Shown here piece by piece: positions 9,633 to 20,547 of a stretch of 64,000 nt of DNA (position 1 is its first letter; the number at the start of each line of letters is the position of its first letter). A program made the position numbers and the translations under genes. The DNA comes from Leptospira sp. (lineage in GTDB: Bacteria > Spirochaetota > Leptospiria > Leptospirales > Leptospiraceae), in NCBI GenBank assembly GCA_002786225.1, contig PEQN01000004.1, positions 85,915 through 149,914 of the forward strand, read 5' to 3'. Under the pieces are notes generated by a model. That model had not been told where the DNA came from. It searched no databases and saw only the letters and a list, made by a program, of their open reading frames with translations.

Positions 9633-11341
9633 TACTTATAATTGGTGCCGTTATGATGCTTGCTGTTTCGATTTTCATTCATGAACTTGGGCATTTGCTC
9701 TGTGGGATGTTAGTTGGTGTTAAGGCTAGAATTTTCTCTATGGGCTATGGTAGGGGAATCTGGAAGAAAAAAATTGGAGAGACTACTTACCAAATTACAG
9801 CTATTCCTTTGGGTGGTTATGTGATGTTTAAGGGTGATGAATATGGTAAGAAGCTAAAAGGTGAGCCAGGAGAACTACTTTCTACCCCACCACTCAAACG
9901 TATGATCCCTGTCTTAGGCGGGCCATTTGCCAACTTAATACTTGGGTTCTTATTATTATTTATCCTTGAGTTAACAGGAGATAATTCCCCAAGCAATAAA
10001 ATATTTATTGATCCTTCCATAGAATCCGTGTCTCAGGCTTATAAGTCAGGTTTACGAACCGGTGATAGGATAACATCTATTAATGGAAATAATACTGAGA
10101 ATTTTGAGGAACTTTTCACAGAAATCGCCTTATCCAAAGGAGATCCTATCCAAGTTACATACCTAAGAGATGGACAACAAAATTCAGTTTCTATTGTACC
10201 AAGTATGTATTCTAGCGGTGGAAGACCAGCAATAGGAGTTGAGCCTGCTGGTGAGAGAAGGGTAGTAGCAACTTTTACTTATGGTGAACAAATTTCAGAA
10301 TGGTTGAATCAAAAATTGAATCAATCAGGTGAGGCGGATCAATTTTTTGAAAAGCAATTGCAAGACCAAGTTGCAGAAGGGTTAATTCCTGAAGAAGTAG
10401 TGAAAAAGTACGAAGAGCAAACTCAGTCTAAAGAATTGAAATCCCGAGCGGTTCAATATCTCAATGATGGTGATGTAATTCTTGCTGTAAACGGAGTAGA
10501 TGTAGGAACCATTCCTGAGTTACAAAAAGAACTTGGGAAATACCAGAACAAATCCGTTCAGATTCTTGTTGATCGTAAAACCTATCCTTTAATAACTCCA
10601 TGGCTTACCGAAAGAAAAGAAATAACTGTTCCAGTTATAGCAGCTGATGTGATAGAATTCAAAAATTTACGAAACAATGAATTCCCAATTTTAAACCAGG
10701 AAATACTTTCATTACCTGCCTATGATCCAGAACTTTCTAAAAGACTGGGTAATATCCGTATCAATGATACATTTTATAAAGATGTCCCAAGCTTAGTCGC
10801 TGCAGCAAAAAATGTAGGATCTAACACTGTTAAGGTTTCTTTTTCAGGAAGAGAATATCTTTCGGAAATCAATGTTCGGCCTATTGGGCTTCTTGGATTT
10901 AAGCCATCTATCAAGTTTGTTGCTGAATACCACAACAAGGAACAATCTGTAGGAGAAGCCTTGGTTGGAGCAGGAAATAAAGTCTACCAAAATGTCGCAA
11001 CTACCTTGAAAGGCATTGGAATGCTTTTCAGTGGGCTACTCTCTCCCAAGGACAATCTATCTGGGCCTATTGGTATAGTACAAGTTGCGGGTCTCAGCTT
11101 AGAATATGGATGGCAGACCTATTTGGATTTTGTTGCCAAAATTTCAATCGCACTTATGATCATGAACCTACTTCCTATTCCTGTTGCTGACGGCGGACAT
11201 ATTGTAATGTATGCATATGAAGCAATAGCTGGAAGACCACTTCCTCGAAAAGTTATGGAAGCAATCTTTAGAGTGGGATTTTTCTTTTTGATAGGACTTG
11301 GTATTTATGTTTCCTTCCACGACGTGCTTCGTTTTTTCTGA
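9626..11341 (+). CDS. rseP: RIP site-2 metalloprotease RseP (M50 family) with enlarged PDZ region
   Basis: HELGH in the first TM region and LLPIPVADGGH near the C-terminus, with PDZ-like segments between them. GTG start overlaps the dxr end. Conserved dxr-rseP synteny. Confidence 0.9.
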   Translation: MLILIIGAVMMLAVSIFIHELGHLLCGMLVGVKARIFSMGYGRGIWKKKIGETTYQITAIPLGGYVMFKGDEYGKKLKGEPGELLSTPPLKRMIPVLGGPFANLILGFLLLFILELTGDNSPSNKIFIDPSIESVSQAYKSGLRTGDRITSINGNNTENFEELFTEIALSKGDPIQVTYLRDGQQNSVSIVPSMYSSGGRPAIGVEPAGERRVVATFTYGEQISEWLNQKLNQSGEADQFFEKQLQDQVAEGLIPEEVVKKYEEQTQSKELKSRAVQYLNDGDVILAVNGVDVGTIPELQKELGKYQNKSVQILVDRKTYPLITPWLTERKEITVPVIAADVIEFKNLRNNEFPILNQEILSLPAYDPELSKRLGNIRINDTFYKDVPSLVAAAKNVGSNTVKVSFSGREYLSEINVRPIGLLGFKPSIKFVAEYHNKEQSVGEALVGAGNKVYQNVATTLKGIGMLFSGLLSPKDNLSGPIGIVQVAGLSLEYGWQTYLDFVAKISIALMIMNLLPIPVADGGHIVMYAYEAIAGRPLPRKVMEAIFRVGFFFLIGLGIYVSFHDVLRFF

Positions 11342-11348
11342 TATATAG

Positions 11349-13106
11349 ATGAAAGCAAGTCAATTTCTATTACCAACTACCAAAGAAGACCCGCAAGATG
11401 CAGTTGTAGCATCCCATAAATTGATGATTCGAGCAGGCCTTGTTCGAAAATCTCATTCGGGCTTGTATTCTTACCTGCCTCTGGGTTTAAAAATTTTAAA
11501 AAAAATTGAATCTATTATCCGAGAAGAAATGAATTCTTCAGGTGCCTTAGAATTTGAACTTCCTATACTTACTCCCTCGGAATTCTGGGAGACTTCGGGA
11601 AGGTGGGATAAAATGGGGAAGGAAATGTTTAGATTAAAAGACAGACATGATAATGTCTCTTGCCTTGGTCCTACCCATGAAGAAAGCTTCTGTCACCTAA
11701 TGAAGCCTATGCTTAAATCCTACAAAGATTTACCGATTAACGTATATCAGATGCATACAAAGTTTCGTGATGAGATTCGTCCAAGATATGGTGTGATTCG
11801 TTCGCGTGAATTTACTATGAAAGATTCTTATTCTTATCATTTGGATGATGAATCTTTGGACGAAACCTATCAGTTGATGCGTAAAACATATAGAGCTATT
11901 TTTGGTAGAATGGGTCTTGCAACCATTCCTGTTCAAGCTGACTCAGGAAATATGGGTGGTTCTGATTCTGAAGAATTCATGGTAGTTAGTCCAATAGGGG
12001 AAGAGACATTGATGATTTGTCCTTCTTGCGGTTACAATGGAAATATTGAAAAGACAGCTGTTATTTTAAAAGAAGATACTTCTGCCACCAAATCTTTCGT
12101 AGACGGCAACAAAGTCGAAACTCCCAATGTTAGGTCTATAGAAGAAGTTGCGAGTTTCTTTTCTGTGGATAAGTCCGAGACTATCAAGGCAGTAGCAATG
12201 ATGGGAGATGGACAAGGTATTCTTGTCTTCATTCCTGGTGATAGAGAATTGAATGAAGCCAAATTAAAAAATGCATCGGGTCTGAATGAAATATATGCTA
12301 TGGGTCCAAAAGATTTGGAACAATACAATCTCAAAGCTGGTTTCATAGGACCAAGTTCTTCTTTTCACCCTGGGCTTAAGGTTTATTTAGATGCTTCTAT
12401 CTCGATTAACAAGGAATATGTGGTAGGTGCCAACGAATTTGAATTTCATAAGAAAGGATATATCTTTGGGGATAGTTTGTCCCAGAAAGATTCCCCCTAT
12501 GAAAGGCTAGATCTGGTGCTCGCTAGAAGAGGTGACTCTTGCCCAAATTGTGGATCAGACCTGAATGAAGAGAAGGGAATAGAAGTAGGTCATATCTTCA
12601 AGTTAGGTCAGAAATACACCAAGGCATTTGAAATGAAGGTCTTGGATAAAAATGGTAAGACCCGTGATCTTACTATGGGTTGCTACGGAATCGGTGTGAA
12701 CCGTTGCATGGCAACTATTATAGAGCAGTGCAATGATGAGAAAGGAATTTTCTGGCCAATCTCTGTTGCTCCTTTTGAAGTTTGCCTTGTCAATATCACT
12801 AAGAAAGAAGAAGATACAGCAAGAGTTGAGGAAATCTACCAAGCTTTGAAATCATCTGGGATAGATATTTTCTGGGATGACAGAGATCTTGGTCCTGGGT
12901 TCAAATTCAAAGATTCTGAGCTCATAGGATTTCCCGTACGTCTTACCTTGGGCAAAGATTTTGTAGAAAGAAATGAAATCAATATTTTGATACGAAAGTC
13001 AGGAAAAGAAATTCAGCATACCTATACAAATTTTGAATCTTTGAAAAAGCAAATTGCAGATATCATCCAAGATTTATATACTGATCTAGGAGCATCCAAT
13101 GTCTAG
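11349..13106 (+). CDS. proS: proline--tRNA ligase (bacterial type with insertion domain)
   Basis: 585 aa. Class II motifs (FRDEIRPRYGVIRSREFTMKDSYSYH, GCYGIGVNR) and a central editing-type insertion. Confidence 0.95.
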   Translation: MKASQFLLPTTKEDPQDAVVASHKLMIRAGLVRKSHSGLYSYLPLGLKILKKIESIIREEMNSSGALEFELPILTPSEFWETSGRWDKMGKEMFRLKDRHDNVSCLGPTHEESFCHLMKPMLKSYKDLPINVYQMHTKFRDEIRPRYGVIRSREFTMKDSYSYHLDDESLDETYQLMRKTYRAIFGRMGLATIPVQADSGNMGGSDSEEFMVVSPIGEETLMICPSCGYNGNIEKTAVILKEDTSATKSFVDGNKVETPNVRSIEEVASFFSVDKSETIKAVAMMGDGQGILVFIPGDRELNEAKLKNASGLNEIYAMGPKDLEQYNLKAGFIGPSSSFHPGLKVYLDASISINKEYVVGANEFEFHKKGYIFGDSLSQKDSPYERLDLVLARRGDSCPNCGSDLNEEKGIEVGHIFKLGQKYTKAFEMKVLDKNGKTRDLTMGCYGIGVNRCMATIIEQCNDEKGIFWPISVAPFEVCLVNITKKEEDTARVEEIYQALKSSGIDIFWDDRDLGPGFKFKDSELIGFPVRLTLGKDFVERNEINILIRKSGKEIQHTYTNFESLKKQIADIIQDLYTDLGASNV

Positions 13107-14298
13107 AATCCTAATGAAAAAATTTGAAGAAGGCTACTTTGGTGAGTTTGGGGGCAGTTATGCGCCCGAAGTTTTAACTGAGGCTTTGGTTGAACTTGAT
13201 AGAGTTTATAAAAAACTCAAAGACAATCGCAAATTCAAGAAAGAAGTCGATTACTACTTTAAGAATTATGTCAACCGTCCCTCTTTGCTTATGTTTGCAG
13301 AGAACCTAACTAGACACTGGAAGGGCGCTCGCATCTGGTTGAAAAGAGAAGACCTCAATCACACTGGTGCGCATAAGATCAATAATACGATAGGACAGGC
13401 TTTACTCGCTCGTCATATGGGCAAACAAAGAATCATAGCAGAAACTGGAGCAGGCCAGCATGGACTTGCTACCGCTACTGTTGGAGCTATGTTCGGTTTT
13501 GAAACAGTTGTCTATATGGGCGAAGTAGATTTGAAGCGCCAGGAATTGAACGCAGTCAAAATGAAAATGATGGGTGCAACCGTACGAGGTGTATCTTCAG
13601 GTGAAGCAACTCTAAAGGAAGCGACTTCAGAAGCCATGAGAGATTGGGCTCTGAATGTAAAGAATACTCATTATATCGTAGGTTCAGCTATAGGCCCGCA
13701 TCCATTCCCAACCATAGTTAGAGATTTTCAATCCATTATTGGAATAGAATCTCGTAAGCAATTTAAGAAGATGAATGGCAAGCTACCTGATGGTGTTGTT
13801 GCCTGTGTTGGTGGTGGTTCCAATTCAATAGGTATGTTCTATGGTTTTCTGAAGGATAAGAAAGTGAAATTATATGGGGTTGAGGCTGGTGGAATTGATA
13901 GCAAACCGGGCAATCACTCTGCAACCATTACCATGGGAGAACCTGGTTTTCTTCATGGAACTAAAACTTTAATTATACAAGATGAGAACGGACAAATTGT
14001 TCCTGCTCATTCAGTATCTGCAGGTTTGGATTATCCTGGTGTAGGACCAGAACATGCTCACCTAGCACGAAGTGGACGAGTGCAGTACACTTCAGTAAAT
14101 GATGAACAAGCCTTAGATAGTTTTCTTGAAGTTTGTAAGGTGGAAGGAATCATTCCTGCCTTGGAGACGGCTCATGCTTTTCATTTTGCGAAGCAGCTTG
14201 CCAAAGATCTTGGTAAGAAGAAAGACATTCTAATTTGTTTATCGGGAAGAGGGGACAAAGATGCAGCTGAAGTCTACCGCCTCTTAGGTAAGATTTAA
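13099..14298 (+). CDS. trpB: tryptophan synthase beta chain
   Basis: LNHTGAHKINN (PLP lysine) and GGGSNSIG motifs. Overlaps the proS end by 8 nt. Confidence 0.95.
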   Translation: MSRILMKKFEEGYFGEFGGSYAPEVLTEALVELDRVYKKLKDNRKFKKEVDYYFKNYVNRPSLLMFAENLTRHWKGARIWLKREDLNHTGAHKINNTIGQALLARHMGKQRIIAETGAGQHGLATATVGAMFGFETVVYMGEVDLKRQELNAVKMKMMGATVRGVSSGEATLKEATSEAMRDWALNVKNTHYIVGSAIGPHPFPTIVRDFQSIIGIESRKQFKKMNGKLPDGVVACVGGGSNSIGMFYGFLKDKKVKLYGVEAGGIDSKPGNHSATITMGEPGFLHGTKTLIIQDENGQIVPAHSVSAGLDYPGVGPEHAHLARSGRVQYTSVNDEQALDSFLEVCKVEGIIPALETAHAFHFAKQLAKDLGKKKDILICLSGRGDKDAAEVYRLLGKI

Positions 14299-14313
14299 AT
14301 TCCCAAGGAAATT

Positions 14314-15126
14314 ATGAACTCAGGAACTCAATCAGAAATCACAGAAAAATTCCACTCAAGTAAAGGTTCCCTTTACATTCCGTACTTTTCTTTGGGTGAT
14401 CCGAATTACGAAGATTCTGTAAAATGGGCGGATGCTATTATCAAAGGAGGAGCTGACATCTTAGAATTGGGAGTTCCTTTTTCTGATCCTGTAGCTGATG
14501 GTCCAGTAATTCAGAGAGCATTTAAGAGAGCTTTCGCAAATCCATTCTCTATGAAAAATATCTTTGAGATAACAAGACGTATCAAAGATAAAAATCTTTC
14601 AACTCCTTTGGTTTATTTAACATACTTTAATCCCATTTATCATATGGGCATAGAAAAATTTATTCAATCATCAGCTGCGGCTGGTATATCTGGATTTATT
14701 ATTCCTGATTTGCCTTTTGACACCCAGGAGAGCGAGCTTCTTTTCCAAATTGCCAAAGAACACAAAGTGGATCTTATACATCTTATAACACCTGCCACAG
14801 AAAAGTCTCGCATCCAAAAGATGAAGAAGAACTCATCGGGATTTATCTATTATGTGACTTCCTTTGGTGTGACAGGAGAGAGAAAAGATTTTTCTTTAGA
14901 TCTAGAGGAAAGGATACAATATGTTCGAAAAGAAATGAATCTTCCTGTTTGTGCGGGATTTGGTATATCAACTCCGGACCAGGCAGCTAAGATTTCTCAA
15001 TTCTCTGATGGTGTTATCATAGGATCAAGTATCCAAAGGATCATTGAAGAAAATTCAGAAAATTCTAGCTCCTGTGCACAGAAATTGGAAGATTATTGCA
15101 AATCCATTCGCTCATCTATGCGCTGA
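14314..15126 (+). CDS. trpA: tryptophan synthase alpha chain
   Basis: LELGVPFSDPVADGPVIQ signature. Follows trpB. Confidence 0.93.
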   Translation: MNSGTQSEITEKFHSSKGSLYIPYFSLGDPNYEDSVKWADAIIKGGADILELGVPFSDPVADGPVIQRAFKRAFANPFSMKNIFEITRRIKDKNLSTPLVYLTYFNPIYHMGIEKFIQSSAAAGISGFIIPDLPFDTQESELLFQIAKEHKVDLIHLITPATEKSRIQKMKKNSSGFIYYVTSFGVTGERKDFSLDLEERIQYVRKEMNLPVCAGFGISTPDQAAKISQFSDGVIIGSSIQRIIEENSENSSSCAQKLEDYCKSIRSSMR

Positions 15127-15220
15127 TGCTTTAAAATTTTGAGAATATGCTTTTCTTTTTCTAGATACAATGCAATTTCTTGTTGAGATTGTCTTTAAGT
15201 AGAAGGATATTGTCTAAGTC

Positions 15221-17551
15221 ATGTCAGAAAATAAGAAGAATCAGAAACTTTCCCTCCTGGATATACTTGGTATAAGCCTTGCAGCTATAGGAACAATTTT
15301 ACTCTGCTATACAGTTCTCGATCCTGAGTCTCCTACCTATATTTTGCTTTTATTGATTGGAACCTTCCTTGTAATCGCTTCTTATTATCTAGTTTATAAA
15401 TCCTTAGAAAAGTTTTCAGACAATAAGCAGAAAACAGGTTCGCTTTGGCTTGCTTATGTTTTTGCCATAGGCTTTTTTACCTTGGCTCAGACTTTCACAC
15501 CTATGATTAATTTGGAAGAGAGTTCTATTTCGAATCGATTTGAAATTTTGCGAGGGTCCAACACTGTTAAGGAATCGGAAAATGAACAAGGAAGAATCGA
15601 ATATACCAAATTTGATCCTCCTCCTAAGGCAAGACAGGATATCCAAATCATAGGTATCACTACGAATTCTTTGGAGCAGTTAGATGGACAGTGGCCACTT
15701 CCTTGGCAATACTATGCCGATATTATAAAGACTTTCTCGGGCACATCCAATATGCTCATGTTCGATATTTTCTTCTTGGATTATAAAAAAGGCCAAGAAG
15801 ATGCCATGGTCGACGCACTGAAAACCAATAATAATGTTCTCTTCGATTATCCTATGGAAACCAGTGCAGAATCAAAAGAACTTGTTAAGAACTTGGATGA
15901 ACGTTTAGAGATTCTACGCAAATATAAATTAAAGAATGTAATCGATGATTCTCCTTATGATTATACATGGGTGAAATTTGCACAGTCTCCTATCGAAGGA
16001 ATTGCTGAGCTTTCATCTGGTTTGGGTTTTGCGAATGTCAAGAAAGATGATTCTGGTATGAATCGAAAGATGCCTTTGGTTGTTAAGACTCCATCTCATA
16101 CAGGAAGCAGGGAACCTGAGTATTTTCCATCTATCGATTTGATGATGGCTGTGAATTATCTTGGCGTAGATCTGCAAAGAGATGTTTTTGTGAAAATGGG
16201 CGAGTCAGTTACAATTAAAAACATCCCAGAAAAAACAATCACATCATTTAACCGTAAAACTGCGAAGATGGAAACTAAAGATATAATGCACATTCCGAAC
16301 CCAGAGCGGGAGATTGTCATCCCTATTGATTGGGAAGGACAGATGCAGATTAACTTTGTTGGAGGAAGGTATTCTTTTCGTTCTCATGAGATATTCGAAG
16401 TCTCCACTCAATGGAACCAAGAGGAAGCTAGTCAATTCCAACATAATATTTTCCTAGTGGCTATGTACTATGCAACGGGTCGTGGAGCATCCAAAGACTC
16501 CCATTTATCTCCCTTTGGTGACATGTCTGGAATTGAACACCACGCCCAGGCCCTAAACACAATTTTAAACCAAGACTTCTTGCAAAATACCCCTGTTTAT
16601 CTTGATTTTCTTGTATATATAGCCATAGGTCTCTTGATTGGTTTCCTCCAACCAAGACTTTCTACTGTTTATGGTTTTGCTGTATTCTTGGTGATGTTGA
16701 TTCTTTATTCAGTTCTATCCCTCGTTTTATTCTCAGAATACAACCTAATTACGGTTCTGCCATCTGTCCTAGCAGAGCAACTCTGGATATTTATTGGTAT
16801 CATAGGATTTAGAATTTTGACAGAGGAAGCGAACGTGAAATACATACGTTCTACCTTTTCAAAATTCGTATCCAAGGATGTTGTGGATGAACTTCTAAAA
16901 AATCCCGACAACCTAGCCTTAGGTGGTTCCAAAAGAGAAATCACTATCTTCTTCTCTGATATCAGAGGATTCACAACTATATCTGAGGCTCTAGGTCCAG
17001 AAGAATTAGTTAAGCTTCTCAATGAGTACCTATCGGCAATGACAGAAATCATTATTGAATACAAGGGAACAATTGATAAATACATGGGTGATGCTATCAT
17101 GGCTTTCTGGGGTGCTCCAGTTCCACTGGAAGATCATGCCTACTACGCCTGTGTTGCTGCCCTTGCTCAAATGGATTACTTAGATAAGATACTGAAGCCT
17201 AGATGGATAGAAAGAGGTGTTCCGGTGATCGATATAGGAATTGGTCTTAATTCTGGACCAGCAGTAGTAGGTAACATGGGATCATCTCATAGAATGGAAT
17301 ATACTTGCATGGGTGATACAATTAACCTGGGATCAAGACTAGAAGGCTCCAATAAAATGTATGGAACGAATATCATCATTTCTGAATATACCTATGAAAA
17401 AGTTCATGATAAGGTAGTGGCAAGAGAACTAGACTTGGTAAGGGTGAAAGGAAAAACACAACCAGTAAGAATTTACGAATTGCTAGGAATCAAGAACCCC
17501 GAGGATATGGAGAAAATGAAGAGACCTTTGTCTCAATTATCTCATTCTTAA
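15221..17551 (+). CDS. CHASE2-sensor class III adenylate/guanylate cyclase
   Basis: N-terminal TM helices, a large extracytoplasmic region, a TM bundle, then a cyclase core: IFFSDIRGFT, IDKYMGDAIMAFWGAP, EYTCMGDTINLGSRLEG. The Lys/Thr specificity pair suggests ATP as substrate. Confidence 0.85.
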   Translation: MSENKKNQKLSLLDILGISLAAIGTILLCYTVLDPESPTYILLLLIGTFLVIASYYLVYKSLEKFSDNKQKTGSLWLAYVFAIGFFTLAQTFTPMINLEESSISNRFEILRGSNTVKESENEQGRIEYTKFDPPPKARQDIQIIGITTNSLEQLDGQWPLPWQYYADIIKTFSGTSNMLMFDIFFLDYKKGQEDAMVDALKTNNNVLFDYPMETSAESKELVKNLDERLEILRKYKLKNVIDDSPYDYTWVKFAQSPIEGIAELSSGLGFANVKKDDSGMNRKMPLVVKTPSHTGSREPEYFPSIDLMMAVNYLGVDLQRDVFVKMGESVTIKNIPEKTITSFNRKTAKMETKDIMHIPNPEREIVIPIDWEGQMQINFVGGRYSFRSHEIFEVSTQWNQEEASQFQHNIFLVAMYYATGRGASKDSHLSPFGDMSGIEHHAQALNTILNQDFLQNTPVYLDFLVYIAIGLLIGFLQPRLSTVYGFAVFLVMLILYSVLSLVLFSEYNLITVLPSVLAEQLWIFIGIIGFRILTEEANVKYIRSTFSKFVSKDVVDELLKNPDNLALGGSKREITIFFSDIRGFTTISEALGPEELVKLLNEYLSAMTEIIIEYKGTIDKYMGDAIMAFWGAPVPLEDHAYYACVAALAQMDYLDKILKPRWIERGVPVIDIGIGLNSGPAVVGNMGSSHRMEYTCMGDTINLGSRLEGSNKMYGTNIIISEYTYEKVHDKVVARELDLVRVKGKTQPVRIYELLGIKNPEDMEKMKRPLSQLSHS

Positions 17552-17562
17552 TTTTCTATTGA

Positions 17563-19440
17563 ATGTCCCAGTATCCAATTTTAGAAACAATCTTATCACC
17601 TGCTGACTTAAGGAAGATTCCATTAGAGAAACTTCCGCAAGTTTGCAATGAAATCCGAGATTACATCATCGATACCTTAGCTGGTATAGGTGGGCATTTT
17701 GCGAGTAATCTAGGAGCCATAGAACTTACTGTAGCTCTCCACTATGTCTTAGAGACCCCAGAGGATAAATTAATCTGGGACGTTGGACATCAGACTTATC
17801 CTCATAAGATTCTAACTGGTCGCAGAGAAGAATTAAAAACAGTTCGAAAGTTCAATGGACTCTCTGGTTTCCCGAAAAGAGAAGAGAGCGAATATGATTT
17901 ATACAACACAGGACATGCAGGAACTTCCATTTCTCAAGTATTAGGCGAAGCATGTGCTAGGGATCTACTCGGTCTCAATCATAAGGTTGTTGGCGTGATA
18001 GGGGATGCATCTATAGCTACGGGTATGTCCTTGGAAGCTATGAATCACGGTGGACATATTCGACCGAATTCCTTAGTGCTTCTAAATGATAATTATATGT
18101 CTATCTCTAAGAACGTTGGATCTATATCCAATTATTTGAATGCATTGATTTCTTCTCAGATTTATCATACTTGGAAGAAATATTCCTTCCGATTTTTCCA
18201 ATGGATTCCTCTAATAGGGCCAGCTCTAATGAGTTTTGCTCACAAGGCTGAAAAGAGCTTTAAACATTTCATGATGCCTGGAGGTCTCTTCGAAGATTTA
18301 GGCTTTTCTTACATAGGTCCTGTGGATGGTCATGATGTGATTGGACTTGTGAAGATATTGAAGAAATCTGTATTATTAGAAGGACCTGTACTTTTGCATG
18401 CGATAACCCAAAAAGGAAAAGGTTATTCTCCAGCAGAAAAGGATCCAATTAAATACCATGGTGTAACTCCCTTCAATCGGACAGACGGAGCCATGGCTCC
18501 TTCGGATTCTACCAAAATTGGATTCAGCAAGATCGTGGGAAACGTCTTGATGGATTTAACGAAAAAGAATCAAAATATTTCAGTGATAACTCCTGCTATG
18601 ATTGAAGGCTCAGGGCTTAAGGAATACTCGGAGAAATTTCCTAAGAATCTTTTTGATGTTGGAATCGCCGAACAGCATGCAGTTGCTTTTGCAGGTGCTC
18701 TTGCTAGTGGAGGTTCTATTCCCTTTCTTTGCATCTATTCAACCTTTCTTACTAGAGGGATGGATCAATTAGTAGAAGATGTATCTTTGATGAATCTTCC
18801 CGTACGAATTGTAATTGATAGAGCTGGGGTTGTTGGTGCCGATGGAGAGACTCATCAAGGATTATCTGATTTAGGTTATTTACTTGGACTTCCCAATATG
18901 AGTGTACTTGCACCTTCTAAGGGCCAAGATATCATTGATGGACTTTGCTTTATGGAGAAGTTCGTATCAGGACCTATTGCAATTCGTTTTCCTAAGGATT
19001 CAATTCCTATCCAGGATTGCAATTTTACTCAACCAAACCCAATAGAAATTGGAAAGTTTCGTAAACTCTCCGATGGCAGCGATATAGGAATTTTATCCAT
19101 AGGCTCTATACTTTCTGTCTCTATGGCAATTAAGCAAATGCTAGAAGATGCTGGTAAATCTGTAAAGTTAATAGATTTATTTTGGTTACGTCCACTGGAT
19201 TTGAATGCACTTGAAGAAGAATTGTCTGGTGTCAAAGGTTTTGTTATTCTAGATGAAAGTTATGTTGATATGGGAGCGAGTGGATATCTTTTGAACCATT
19301 TTCAACCTAAGACATTGCAGAAGTTTCTGAAAACCTACGCTCTTCCTCCAGAACCAATTTTACATGGTGAAAGAGTTCAGATTTTAAAACATTATAATTT
19401 AGATCCAGAAACAATAACAAAATCAATTCTTTCCTTCTAA
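17563..19440 (+). CDS. dxs: 1-deoxy-D-xylulose-5-phosphate synthase
   Basis: GHQTYPHKILTGR, GDASIATGM and IAEQHAV motifs. 625 aa. Confidence 0.95.
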   Translation: MSQYPILETILSPADLRKIPLEKLPQVCNEIRDYIIDTLAGIGGHFASNLGAIELTVALHYVLETPEDKLIWDVGHQTYPHKILTGRREELKTVRKFNGLSGFPKREESEYDLYNTGHAGTSISQVLGEACARDLLGLNHKVVGVIGDASIATGMSLEAMNHGGHIRPNSLVLLNDNYMSISKNVGSISNYLNALISSQIYHTWKKYSFRFFQWIPLIGPALMSFAHKAEKSFKHFMMPGGLFEDLGFSYIGPVDGHDVIGLVKILKKSVLLEGPVLLHAITQKGKGYSPAEKDPIKYHGVTPFNRTDGAMAPSDSTKIGFSKIVGNVLMDLTKKNQNISVITPAMIEGSGLKEYSEKFPKNLFDVGIAEQHAVAFAGALASGGSIPFLCIYSTFLTRGMDQLVEDVSLMNLPVRIVIDRAGVVGADGETHQGLSDLGYLLGLPNMSVLAPSKGQDIIDGLCFMEKFVSGPIAIRFPKDSIPIQDCNFTQPNPIEIGKFRKLSDGSDIGILSIGSILSVSMAIKQMLEDAGKSVKLIDLFWLRPLDLNALEEELSGVKGFVILDESYVDMGASGYLLNHFQPKTLQKFLKTYALPPEPILHGERVQILKHYNLDPETITKSILSF

Positions 19441-19572
19441 ATAACTTTAGTATGATTTTTTTGTTCCATTTATATTTGAAAAAACTTTTATAAACATTTA
19501 AAAATTTATCAATCAAGCAGATTTTTCAGTCAACCGATTACTATTGTATAAAGTAATTGTTTGGGGTGAATT

Positions 19573-20031
19573 GTGGATTTATATTCTTCTGGTAGACATT
19601 TTTTTCGTTTGGGCGATTTAGATAGAGCTGAATACTATTTTAGATCTTTTTTGGAAGATGAAGAAAGTTCTGAAGCTTTTTTTTATTTGGGGCTTATTGC
19701 AACACAAAAGAATCATCTTGAAGATGCCTTAGAATTTTATTATAAATCCGTAACCATCAACCCTGAATATGGAAATCCCTGCAATGAAATTGGAATTATT
19801 CTGCTTCGTATGGGAAAGGATAAAGATGCTGTGTTTTGGCTTAAGAAATCTATACGTTGCATGCAAAATGACGCACCACATATATCCTTTTTCAATCTAG
19901 CAACTCTTTATAAGATGTGGAATAGACCAGAACGTTCCTTGCAATTTCTTCATAGAGCAATAGCACTCAAGCCTGAATTCCCAGAAGCTATTCAACTCAA
20001 AGCAGAGCTGATCAAGAATATAACAAATTAA
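19573..20031 (+). CDS. tetratricopeptide repeat protein
   Basis: GTG start after GGGGTG. Several TPR-like units (AEYYFRSFL, ALEFYYKSVTINPEY, LQFLHRAIALKPEFPEA). Confidence 0.6.
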   Translation: MDLYSSGRHFFRLGDLDRAEYYFRSFLEDEESSEAFFYLGLIATQKNHLEDALEFYYKSVTINPEYGNPCNEIGIILLRMGKDKDAVFWLKKSIRCMQNDAPHISFFNLATLYKMWNRPERSLQFLHRAIALKPEFPEAIQLKAELIKNITN

Positions 20032-20049
20032 AATTAAACGAATACAGTC

Positions 20050-20547
20050 CTAGTTGAGATTTCTGAATTGTTTAGGAATCTCAACCTTGGTATTTTGTAT
20101 TTCTAAGATTTTCATTTTTTCATTATGATGGTGGATTTCGAAACAATCCCCGTTTTCAAATATCCATTCAGATAATTGTCCTCCTGCATTAGAATTCAAT
20201 CGATAGAAAATTTTTGATTCATCTTTCTTTTGTAAGATAAGATTTTCAGATGGATCAGTAAAAAGCTGAACATCATCCAATTCCAAAGTTAAATCCGCAT
20301 CCGTTGAAAAGAAAAGAGTTCCTCCTTCTTCACTAACGCGTACTATATGAAGTGGATAGCCGTTTGATTCAATATATCCATTTTCTTCTAGTTCACCAAA
20401 TACATTTTTTATATAAACACCATCTGAATCTTCTTTAAGATTTGCTCTAAAGTATTTTAGAATTTCTTCTTGGTGTATTTCATTTCCTCTAAAAACCCAT
20501 TCATCTCTAGGATTGATTGTTATTTCACTGAAAAATTTGCGTGCCAT
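20050..20547 (-). CDS. hypothetical protein (DUF1285-like, tentative)
   Basis: 165 aa. The N-terminal EWVFRGNEIHQEEILKYF pattern resembles DUF1285. Its start codon directly abuts the stop of the upstream lipoprotein gene. Confidence 0.5.
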   Translation of the reverse strand: MARKFFSEITINPRDEWVFRGNEIHQEEILKYFRANLKEDSDGVYIKNVFGELEENGYIESNGYPLHIVRVSEEGGTLFFSTDADLTLELDDVQLFTDPSENLILQKKDESKIFYRLNSNAGGQLSEWIFENGDCFEIHHHNEKMKILEIQNTKVEIPKQFRNLN

